A program made the translations under genes and the position numbers. This document shows positions 13,610 through 22,814 of a stretch of DNA of 64,000 bases, one piece after another (position 1 is the stretch's first letter; every line of letters starts with the position of its first letter). The stretch covers positions 18,275-82,274 of the forward strand of contig CADAPK010000002.1 in the NCBI GenBank assembly GCA_902789825.1, read 5' to 3'. The notes beneath the pieces were generated by a model that saw nothing but the letters and a program-made list of their open reading frames with translations, was not told the origin of the DNA and did no database searches. Source of the DNA: an uncultured Ureaplasma sp. (GTDB lineage Bacteria > Bacillota_I > Bacilli_A > Mycoplasmatales > Mycoplasmoidaceae).

Positions 13610-15457
13610 ATGAGTCAAAATCTAAATAAATATGAAAATATTCTTCATTTTGATTGTTTCCCAAATTTATTTTTTATTAATCGTTTAGCTATTATTGTTT
13701 GCTTCTTTTTTTGCCTAATTTTGCAATTGTCATTTTGACTGCTACCAGATTTTTTTTCCAAAACCAACCCAAAAACGAATATAGATGTTTTGCTGTCAGT
13801 GACAAAATCTATTCAAATAACTTTTTTGTCTTTTTATATCGTTTTAAATTTAATTTCATTACCAATAATTTTTTATACAATAAGATTCCTTCTATATGCT
13901 TTCTTCATACCAAGTTATTTGAAAAAACTAGTAATTTCAAATTTAAAAATTATTAGTAATATCGATCTTGACAAAATAAAACCTAAAGTAGCTATTGTAC
14001 AAGGTGTATGCAATGATTTTGTTCCATCATCATTTGTTGATTTATTCAATCAAACTTACAAAAATGTTGATTATTTTATCCTTGACGATTCATCTTCGGA
14101 TATAGCATCACAACAATTAATTGAATGTGTTGATATGTTTAAAAAAAAATATGGTAAAGACGTAACGATAATAAGGCGTAATACTGAAAATAAAAAAAAA
14201 TTTCTATGAAAATTTGGTAACATAAAAAATTTTGTTGAAAATTATTGTGATAAATATGACTATATTCTAGAAACGGATACTAGTAGCGTTCTTTCTTACA
14301 ACTATCTTGAAATAGCATTAAAATATTTTTATTCAAATGATTTAAAAACGAGGAAAATTGCATTCGTTGTTGGAAGTCACTATCATTATGAAACACATAA
14401 TTTGTTTTCAAAATTTGTCGATAAATCTATGCAATTCATGCGTGTTGTAGCTGGTGAAACAGCTTTATCAGGCTCACCTCTCGGTCCTGATGCTTTTGCG
14501 ACTCTTTATAAGGTATCTGCATTAAAAAAAATTCCATTTGAAAAAGTTCAATGTCCAATTGATGATTATGCCAGAGGTCTGTGATTACTAAATAACAAAT
14601 TTTGCAATATTTACTGCCCATTAATTTATGCTGCTAAAATTGCCCCTTGTAATATTTATCATTTTAAAGAACAAAGATGTAAGTGATATTCTGGTGAAAT
14701 GTTTTTATTTAGAACTAAATTATCATTTTGTACTAAAAAAGATATATATCATGGTATTGGTTGTCTTTTTAATTGATATATGACGGGTATATACACTTGA
14801 TTAAATTTTTTTGTTTCCTTATCATTTAATGTTTTTCTTTATTTAACATCATATCATCAAATTATTTTACCACAATTAATTGTTTTAGGTGGTGTTGCCA
14901 TTTTACCATGTTTAATATTAATTTCGATTTATGAAATAAAAAAAATTTCAATTAAACCACTTTTAATTTTTGCTTTTGTTCTTCCTCTTATGCATTTAGC
15001 AATTTTGTATGATGCAATTTACTCAATTGTCTATATTGGATACATCTTAAAAAAAACATGGTATTCTAAATATGTGTTACCCAAAAAGGCCATTAATTTA
15101 ACATCATTCCAAAAAATTAAATTGATTATGCCGCGATTGCTAATTAGTATTGCAATCTCTGTTACTGTCTTTTTGTTCGACCATTTTTTAATTAAAACGA
15201 ATATAAAAATTTTAAATATTCCTATCTATGTTTTCCTTATTGTTTTTCCACTAATTGCTCCATTGATTTGCTATATCTTGTTTGTTTCTATTGGTGAAAT
15301 TAAAGTTAAAAATAAACTACAAAATGAAAACGATATAAATGGTGCTAATATTAATAAAAAACACTTCTTATACGATTGAATAATGCATACAATTAATAAA
15401 ACAAAAAACAAAAAAATTATCGAAAATTTTAATAAGTGTGTTGATAATAAATCTTAA
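13610..15457 (+). CDS. Membrane-embedded processive family-2 glycosyltransferase (polysaccharide synthase-like)
   Basis: ATG 13610 is in frame with track ORFs 13790, 14402 and 14990 through several TGA (verified). N-terminal TMs. GT-A motifs ..YFILDDSSSD.., ..ILETDTSS.., ..PIDDYARGLW.. and a Q-R-C-K-W (QxxRW) motif whose W is a TGA codon. Multi-TM C-terminal half. 615 aa. Confidence 0.7.
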
Positions 15458-15462
15458 TTTTT

Positions 15463-15813
15463 TTATTTTTTAGGTAAAATTTTTTCAATAATTTTGTTAA
15501 ACTCTTTTTCGTGTTCAACCGCTAATTGTGAAAGGATTTTACGATTTACCACAATTTTATTTTTTTTCAATAAATAAATAAACCTAGAATAATTTAAATT
15601 AAATGGTTTAACAGCAGCAGATATTCGGGTAATTCATAATTTTCTAAATTCTCGTTTTTTTGCTTTACGATCGCGATATGCATACTGACCTGCTTTAATT
15701 ACAGTTTGGTTAGCAACTCGATAAGATGTATGCCTTGTTCCTCGCGCACCGCTTGCCTTATTTTTAATTGACTTTCGATATTGTCTAGCTTTTGTCCCAC
15801 CTTTTACTCTCAT
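15463..15813 (-). CDS. rplT: 50S ribosomal protein L20
   Basis: Absent from the track because of an in-frame TGA (..REFRKL-W-ITRISAA..). [25 protein letters not shown].. 116 aa. Confidence 0.93.
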
Positions 15814-15828
15814 GATTTATCTCCTTCT

Positions 15829-16029
15829 TTATTTATTTATTGTCCTACCCAACTTTTTAGTGAAAGTTGAATTAAGAAAAGTATCTTTTCGAAGGTGCCT
15901 TTTTTGCTTATGTGTTTTATTGTGAGCTAAGTGACTACGATAAGCATGTTTCCTCTTTAATTTTCCGTTTGCGGAATAAATTAAACGTTTTGCTACTGCT
16001 TGTTTAGTTTTTAATTTATTTTTTGCCAT
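15829..16029 (-). CDS. rpmI: 50S ribosomal protein L35
   Basis: 66 aa. MAKNKLKTKQAVAKRL..KRKHAYRSHL.. SD AAGGAG upstream. Confidence 0.93.
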   Translation of the reverse strand: MAKNKLKTKQAVAKRLIYSANGKLKRKHAYRSHLAHNKTHKQKRHLRKDTFLNSTFTKKLGRTINK

Positions 16030-16054
16030 ATTTTTTTCTCCTTAATTAAATTCT

Positions 16055-16573
16055 TTATTTCTTCACAAAAATTGCTTCATACATAATAGGTGATATTTTT
16101 TTTAATTTTGAAAAAACTTTTGCATTTTCAATAATTAATTTTAAAAAATCCTCATAAATTTGATTAATATATTCTATTTTCGTTGCAACACGTCCAAAAG
16201 TCATAACTTTGAATCGAATTTGGTAGCCTTGTTTTAATCACTTATTGACTTGGTTGGCCTTTCATTGTAAGTCGTTACTTCCAATTTGTGGCTTTATCTT
16301 AACTTCTTTTGAAACAACGACACTTTGCTTCTTCTTAGCTTCTTTTAACTTTATTTGTTGTTGATAAAGAAACTTGTCATATTTAATGATTTTACAAATT
16401 GCTAAGTTTTTTGTTTTTTTTGCCGAAGCGAATAAAACCAAATCATAATCTTTACTATTAGCTAATTTCATTGCTTCTGTTGTCATCATTACTCCTAAAT
16501 TTTTACCATTTTCATCAATAACAAAGACTTTTTGATCGTGAATTTGATCATTGATTAAATATTTACTATTCAA
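16055..16573 (-). CDS. infC: Translation initiation factor IF-3 (TTG start)
   Basis: Track ORF 16262..16573 extends through two TGA to TAA at 16055 (verified). ..INDQIHDQKVFVIDENGKNLGVM... 172 aa. The only start in the open window is TTG at 16573. Confidence 0.9.
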
Positions 16574-16749
16574 TTTGTCTGTTTATCCTTAAATCGCTAA
16601 AATATAAAAAAGTATGACAAGAGTTTTAAACTATTGCACAAATCACGAGTAATAAGCTTTATGCCTACTTTTTCGTAAAAATCAGGCGAGTTGTACAACT
16701 ACTTTCTTATACGGTGTTAATTATAACAAAAATAAGCCATCTCTTTATA

Positions 16750-16833
16750 TGGTGCACTCAAAGGGACTTGAACCCTTACTCACGAGGAATTAGATCCTAA
16801 GTCTAACGCGTCTGCCAGTTCCGCCACGAGTGC
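16750..16833 (-). tRNA. tRNA-Leu (anticodon TAG), long variable arm, encoded CCA
   Basis: Minus-strand read GCACTCGTGGCGGAACTGGCAGACGCGTTAGACTTAGGATCTAA...TTCAAGTCCCTTTGAGTGCACCA. Acceptor GCACTCG/TGAGTGC, anticodon stem TTAGA/TCTAA, loop CT-TAG-GA. Confidence 0.9.
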
Positions 16834-16834
16834 A

Positions 16835-16909
16835 TGGTGCACTGTAAGGGATTCGAACCCTCGACCCAATGATTAAGAGTCACTTGCTCTACCCCTGAGC
16901 TAACAGTGC
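16835..16909 (-). tRNA. tRNA-Lys (anticodon CTT), encoded CCA
   Basis: Minus-strand read GCACTGTTAGCTCAGGGGTAGAGCAAGTGACTCTTAATCATTGGGTCGAGGGTTCGAATCCCTTACAGTGCACCA. Anticodon loop CT-CTT-AA, T-loop TTCGAAT. Confidence 0.9.
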
Positions 16910-17011
16910 ACAAGAATACAAAAATTATATTTTTTTTTATAAAATGATAGTAAAAATTACGAAATATTCGTATAATCATTAAAAATATTATTTTAATAAG
17001 AAAGGCTAAAT

Positions 17012-17296
17012 ATGAGTAAAGTTGTTACAAAGATGGAATTTGTCGATACTATTGCTAGTGCAACAAAATTACAAAAAACACAAGTTTCTTCAGTTTTTGA
17101 TGAAATGAATACATTTCTAAAAAAATCACTAAAAAGTGGAAATGAAGTTAAATTTCCTTTTGGAAAAGTAAAAGTTGTGTCAGTTAAGGCAAAAAAAGGT
17201 ATTAATCCTTTTACAAAGAAACCTATGACAATTCCTGCTTGCAAAAAACCTAAATTTGTTTTCTCAAAAGAATTCAAATTAATGTTTAAGAAGTAA
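17012..17296 (+). CDS. hup: HU-family DNA-binding protein
   Basis: 94 aa. ..MEFVDTIASATKLQKTQVSSVFDEM.. then ..FGKVKVVSVKAKKGINPFTKKPMTIPA.. (beta-arm). Confidence 0.85.
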   Translation: MSKVVTKMEFVDTIASATKLQKTQVSSVFDEMNTFLKKSLKSGNEVKFPFGKVKVVSVKAKKGINPFTKKPMTIPACKKPKFVFSKEFKLMFKK

Positions 17297-17316
17297 TAAT
17301 TAAATAGAGTAAAAAT

Positions 17317-17353
17317 AAAAGTGCATAGGAGAATATGCACTTTTATTTTTTTT
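17317..17353. terminator. Bidirectional rho-independent terminator between hup and pepF
   Basis: Perfect 11-bp stem AAAAGTGCATA / TATGCACTTTT (17317-17327 and 17334-17344) with a 6-nt loop. T-run downstream on the plus strand and A-run upstream (a T-run on the minus strand). Overlaps the pepF stop. Confidence 0.7.
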
Positions 17354-19157
17354 GTAATTCTTCAATTAAATTAGAAATAACATTTTTCGCTTCGATATAA
17401 ATATTTTTATCGGTTAACGAAATTCCTAACAATTTAATTGTTTCTAATGGTGATAACGAACTGCCTGATGATAGAAAGTTAAAATATTTTTTTAATATCT
17501 CTTTATCAGTTATGCGTTTTGCAACATATAAACCGATGATTTGTCCAATTGCATATTTATAGACATAAAGATTGTTTGCATAAAAATGACTTATACGAAA
17601 AATTGTCGAATATTGATATTGATATATTTCATCTTTTTTTTTAAATTCATCTAATCCTGCATATTTTTCAATTAATTTCTTATATAGTGCAAGGCCGCTT
17701 GTAACGGTAAAAGTTTTTTCATTATTAATGTCTTGAGCAACAACATATTCTCAATTTGAAAAAATTATTTGTCTTGTTGTACAATTAAAAAAATTATCGA
17801 TAAATTGCATAATTAAATATTTTTTAATTGTAGAATTTTTTGCATATTTTTTTAAGTTATAAAAAAATAATAATGTTTCATTACAAATACTTGGAATTTC
17901 TGCATAAAAAATATCAACATCACAATATGGTCAAGAGTTATTTTTATCGTTTTGTTTTTTTCCACAAAAATATGAATGAACAGAATGCCCCAATTCATGA
18001 ATTAAAGTGCTTACGGCATCAAGTGAGTTATTAAAATTCATCAAGATAAAATAACGATCTAAACCGAATGTTCTACCAATGGAATAAGCACCATTGTATT
18101 TACCCTTTTTTGGCAAAAAACTAATTCAATTTTGTGTAAATGCTTTTTTAACAACGACCAAATATTCTTCTTTCAACGGTGCCAAAGCTTTTAAAACGAT
18201 TTGTTTTGCCTGTTCAATTGTTACATTTTCAATTTTTAAATAATTTGTTGATAAATCCCATGGTTCAATGTCATCGATTTTTAACATTTTTTGATAAATT
18301 TCTTCTTTTATTTTTTTATATTTTAGAAATATGGATTTAAAGTTTTCAATATTTTTATAAATACTAAATAAAATATTTTCATTAATTTCATCATTAAAAA
18401 AAACCTCATCAACATAGCTTTTGAAACCGCGTGCCTTAGCATAATTATTCGCATTTAAAAAATTATTAAATAATGTCTTACTAAATGTATTCATATATTG
18501 ATAATATGCATGATGGAAAGTGATTCAAGCATTTTTACGGAGACATCTATCTTTGCTCTCCATATATTTAATTAAGTCATAAGCGGAAATAATCTTAATT
18601 TCTTTACCTGTTTTATCTTTTATTGGTGGAAAAGAAATATCACTACAACTTAATGTGAGAAAGATTTCGTTAAATCCATACGAAGTAGCGGTCAGTTTTG
18701 TTCATAGTTTTTCTTGTTCTAATGGTAAAATGTGCTTTCTCTCCCTAAAAATTAATGCAAACATTCGTTGATAGTTTTGAAATTTTTTATTGGCAAGATA
18801 TTCTTTTATAGTTTTTTCATTTTTAAGATAAACATGAGTCAAATTAGCTAATTTTTCTTCATATTTTTTGCCAATATATGAAAGTTGTTGTTGCAGTTCG
18901 ATTCATTTATTATCACTCAAGTTTTCATAATTATGATTTGATACATAGTTGGCAATAACATTACTAATTTTTTCTTTGTTTTTGATGTTACACAATCATT
19001 TTTCAAAAGTGTTTGATGAATTGCAAAAAATATTAATATTTTGCACTTCATATTCTAAAGTCTTTTTTCATTCATCGATCCATCAAGATAAGGATTTATT
19101 TTTTAAAATCGGTTCTAAATTTCACTCGTATTTTTTTGTACTTTGATTCTGTGCCAT
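17343..19157 (-). CDS. pepF: Oligoendopeptidase F (M3B metallopeptidase)
   Basis: One frame from ATG 19157 to TAA 17343 through many TGA codons; the region downstream of the 17931 piece was checked codon by codon, the 5' part was translated by eye. HELGH zinc motif in piece 17931..18116. 604 aa. Confidence 0.88.
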
Positions 19158-19169
19158 TAAAAAAATTAT

Positions 19170-19194
19170 ATGGTAAATGAACATTATTTACCAT
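19170..19194. repeat. Perfect 9-bp-arm inverted repeat 13 nt upstream of the pepF ATG
   Basis: ATGGTAAAT-GAACATT-ATTTACCAT. Function unknown (operator or 5'-UTR hairpin). Confidence 0.5.
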
Positions 19195-19412
19195 GTGAAA
19201 AAGACAAAAAATGAATAAATTTGAAGTAGTACAAAATTATCAAAATGACGACTTAATTAATTATTAGGAGATAAAATAATTTTAATAAACAAATAAAATA
19301 ATAGATACAATTCATTAATAACGTGGTAAAGGGGTAATAATGACAAGTAAAAAAATAAAAAGAAATCAAGTTATATAGAAAAAATACTTAATGGGTTAAT
19401 TAGCATCATTTT

Positions 19413-19491
19413 AGGAAATTAGAGTTTGTTTTATTCTTTGTGGTAGTGATATCATTAATACGTTGAATGCGCCGTAGTGAAGGAAATTAGA
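19413..19491 (+). repeat. 11-nt exact direct repeat AGGAAATTAGA (19413-19423 and 19481-19491)
   Basis: Both copies lie in the ORF-free purine-rich segment upstream of the GIY-YIG gene. Each is SD-like (AGGA) and is followed by a mini-ORF (TTG..TAG of 6 sense codons; ATG..TAA of 10 sense codons). Confidence 0.5.
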
Positions 19492-19597
19492 ATGACAGAA
19501 AAACAAGAAAATATGCTAAAATAAAGTTAAAATAGAAAAAGTAAAAATTGATAAATAATACAAAAATTAAACAAATAGAGAACCATATATTTTAATT

Positions 19598-20092
19598 ATG
19601 AATATAGGTTGAATATTTCTAATAGTATTCGGTGGAATAATATATTTTTCCATAACAATTATTCCAATATATAGAGCAAATCAAAGATATAAACAACTAA
19701 GGCAAGAGACTTATACAAAAATAGATACTCTATTACACAAAAAAAAAGAAGTAAATACAATTATCTTTTTCTCAACACTAAACAAATATAAAAGTCTAAA
19801 TCGCATTGATAAAATAAGCATAAAACAAAAAGGAATATACATATTACATAACAAGACAAAAAATAAATATTATGTTGGCCAAGCACATGACCTAATTAAA
19901 AGAGTTAAATCACACTTTACCGGTTTTGGAAACGGGAAAATATACCACGATTACAAAAACAAAGATTATTTTACAATAAAACTAGTATTAACAAATCAAT
20001 TAAACGAATTAGAAAAAGAAACCATATGATATCTTAAACAAAACAATCAAAAACTTTATAACGATATAAAATATGATAACTATTTAAAATAA
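19598..20092 (+). CDS. Membrane-anchored GIY-YIG nuclease-domain protein
   Basis: Not in the ORF track because it is split by two TGA codons. Translated codon by codon: MNIGWIFLIVFGGIIYFSITIIPIY.. (TM), then ..KGIYILHNKTKNKYYVGQAHDLIKRVKSHFTGFG..LNELEKETIWYLKQNNQKLYN.. (GIY, YVG, R, E and N catalytic positions). 164 aa, TAA at 20090-20092. Confidence 0.7.
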
Positions 20093-20198
20093 AAAACCAC
20101 GATTTTTTAATTAATGTAGTAAATCTGCACCAAATCCAAATCTATATAAATTACTATATTCATGTGAAGCAAATATGGCCTGTATTAAAATATTTACT

Positions 20199-21341
20199 TT
20201 ATCTCTTTGTTATATAGATAAGTGCAAAAATACAAACTATTAGGAAACAAATCATGATTACAAAAAAATATCAATGTTGATAAAAATATTGATGCATTTT
20301 TATTTTATTAAGATTAAAAATTTGGTAATCTTGTAAAACACGATTGTGAATTTGTTTAATCAATTGTTGGTGATCATTATCCCAATTATCCAGCAAACTA
20401 TTACAATCAACAATGATTTGATCAATTGTTGTATAACGATATTTTTTATCTTCTTTTTTGCAAGCAATACAACGAAAAATAATATTTTCTAATGCTTTTG
20501 GTATTGTCTTATTTATTGATGAAATGCAAGGCATATCATATTTTAGTGGTTTAAGCAAAATGTTTTCTTCTTTTTCACCGTTTTCAAGATGAAATGGTTG
20601 TTTCCCCATAACCATTTCATATAAAATAATCCCCAATGAAAAAAAATCAAATTGTGTTGTTAATCCCGCTTGGTATGCAGCATAACTATCGTAATTAAAC
20701 TGGTTTTTGTCAATAATGTCAGGTAGAAGATATGAATAGGTTCCATAAATTTCATTTTTTGTTTCATTTGTATAGATTTTTACCTCGTCCTTATGTAATA
20801 AATGTGAGTATTTTTTTTCAATGACACTTGAAATCCCAAAATCAATAATTGTAATTTGGTTTAAATCAGTATTAATAATCATATTTTCTGGTTTAAGATC
20901 ACGATGAATTATTTGGTGCTTTAAATCGTGCATGGCTTTTACACCAAAAAGAATTTTTAAAAAATAACGCAAAGCTATTTTTGGTAAAAATGGACCATTT
21001 TCATGCAAATATTGTTTTAATGAAACTCCTTCAACATATTCCATAATAATAAAAATTTTATCACCCTCATTTCATGATTCAATTGTTTTAATAATATTTG
21101 GTTTTCCCGATAATCGTTGGTTTGTGATTGATTCATTGATAATGTTTTGTCAATACTCCGGTTGACAATCAATTGGTTTATAAATAACTTTAATTATTAT
21201 TTTGTCACTACAATTAGAAAGACAATGTCCTAAATAAATTTCACTATCCATTCCCCCTTTTTTAAAAAAACGATCAATCATATACAAATTTTTGTATATT
21301 GTTCCGTTATTGATTTTTTGACAATATTTTTCGTTATTCAT
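20199..21341 (-). CDS. Hanks-type Ser/Thr protein kinase (PrkC-like) with C-terminal TM anchor, no PASTA domains
   Basis: Track ORFs 21150..21341 and 20271..21044 plus a tail to TAA 20199 are one frame (gaps verified). ..IIIKVI.., HRDLKPENM, DFGIS. C-terminal ..HWYFFVIMICFLIVCIFALIYITKR. 380 aa. Confidence 0.85.
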
Positions 21342-21565
21342 TGTTTACATACAAAAAGAATTTCTTTTAATAATTATCATAAATTAAATCATTATTTGAT
21401 AATTGATAATTCACCAAAAATTCCCAACCGTTTTCCATCAATCACTAATCTAACCTAAAAATGTTTGATATAATCCATAATATAGTTTAGTTTGTGGAAG
21501 ATTGATAAATCGCATACCCACACTAAGAACATTCAAATATTTTATTAATAAAGGAGGTGTTGCTT

Positions 21566-22018
21566 ATGGTTGCTAAACAAAAAAAGATAACAAGAATAGC
21601 CATTGTTCATTTGCCAGGTGGACAAGCAAAACCGGGTACAACTTTAGCTTCTTACGGAATAAATATGGCTGAGTTTACTCGTCAATTTAACGAGCAAACA
21701 AAAGAAAGAATGGGGGATTTGGTTCCTGTTGAAATTACCGCTTATAGCGATAAATCATTTAATTTTATTATCAAAACTTCACCTGTTTCATTCCTACTAA
21801 AAAAAGCATTAAAGATTGAAAAGGCAGGAAAAAATCAATTAACCGATAAAGTTGGAAAAATATCTAAGGAAGAAGCGTTAAAGATTGCTAAGTATAAATT
21901 ACCAGATTTATCTGCTTATGATGAAGAAACTGCTTTAAAAATTATTGCTGGAACAGCAAAACAAATGGGAATCGAAATTGAGGGGGTTGATTGCTCTCAT
22001 AAAAGCAACAAAAATTAA
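21566..22018 (+). CDS. rplK: 50S ribosomal protein L11
   Basis: ATG 21566 lies 9 nt after [32 protein letters not shown].. 150 aa. Confidence 0.93.
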   Translation: MVAKQKKITRIAIVHLPGGQAKPGTTLASYGINMAEFTRQFNEQTKERMGDLVPVEITAYSDKSFNFIIKTSPVSFLLKKALKIEKAGKNQLTDKVGKISKEEALKIAKYKLPDLSAYDEETALKIIAGTAKQMGIEIEGVDCSHKSNKN

Positions 22019-22020
22019 AA

Positions 22021-22695
22021 ATGAAAAGAAGTAAAAAATATTTAAATGCTATTAAACAAATCGATAAAAAAAAGATTTATTCAGCAAAAGATGGTGTAGA
22101 ATTAATCAAAAAAATTAACCAGACAAAGTTCGATGCTTCAATTGATATTGCAATAAAATTAAATCTTGATACAAGCAAAGCTGAACAACAATTGAGAGGA
22201 ACAATTTCGTTACCACATTATTACGGAAAGCAAATAAAGATTTTAGCTATCACTGATGAAATTTCAAATGAAGAAGCAAAAAAACTCGGAATAAAAGTTG
22301 GTCAAACAGATATGATTAATGAAATTAAAGGTGGACAAATTAATTTTGATCTAATTATTACTGTACCAAAATTCATGCCTAGTTTATCAAAATTAGGAAA
22401 AATTTTAGGACCAAAGGGGTTGATGCCTAATCCAAAACTTGGAACTGTAACAACAAACATTGTAAAAACAATTAATGAATTTAAAAAAGGTAAAAATCAA
22501 TACCGAACTGATACATATGGGAATGTACATATGAAAATCGGAAAAATTTCCGCTCCAACAAATGATATTGTTGAAAATATTGATACGCTAATTTCATTTA
22601 TCAAGTCAAAAAGACCAGCAACTGTGAAAGGTGACTATATCAAAAATATTACAATTTCTTCAACGATGGGTCCAAGTATAAAACTTGTTAAATAG
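22021..22695 (+). CDS. rplA: 50S ribosomal protein L1
   Basis: 224 aa. ..KFDASIDIAIKLNLD..QLRGTISLPH.. typical of L1. Confidence 0.93.
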   Translation: MKRSKKYLNAIKQIDKKKIYSAKDGVELIKKINQTKFDASIDIAIKLNLDTSKAEQQLRGTISLPHYYGKQIKILAITDEISNEEAKKLGIKVGQTDMINEIKGGQINFDLIITVPKFMPSLSKLGKILGPKGLMPNPKLGTVTTNIVKTINEFKKGKNQYRTDTYGNVHMKIGKISAPTNDIVENIDTLISFIKSKRPATVKGDYIKNITISSTMGPSIKLVK

Positions 22696-22814
22696 TCATA
22701 ATTTTTTGTGAAGAAATTTGTATCGCAAAAATTATTTGACGGAATAATCACTAACATTTTCATTTAATATTAAAACTTAAAAAATTATTTATAAAATATA
22801 AATGATTTCTTTCT

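Noticed and set aside
14141-14200. Two A9 homopolymer tracts inside the GT2 synthase gene as phase-variation switches (also A9 in uvrB at 39265-39273).
   Set aside because: Poly-A/T runs of this length occur all over this AT-rich sequence, including in essential genes. Without population data there is no basis to call them contingency loci.
21557-21565. GTG start for rplK as given in the track (MLLMVAKQ..).
   Set aside because: That GTG overlaps the Shine-Dalgarno AAAGGAGG itself. ATG 21566 has proper spacing and gives the canonical L11 N-terminus.
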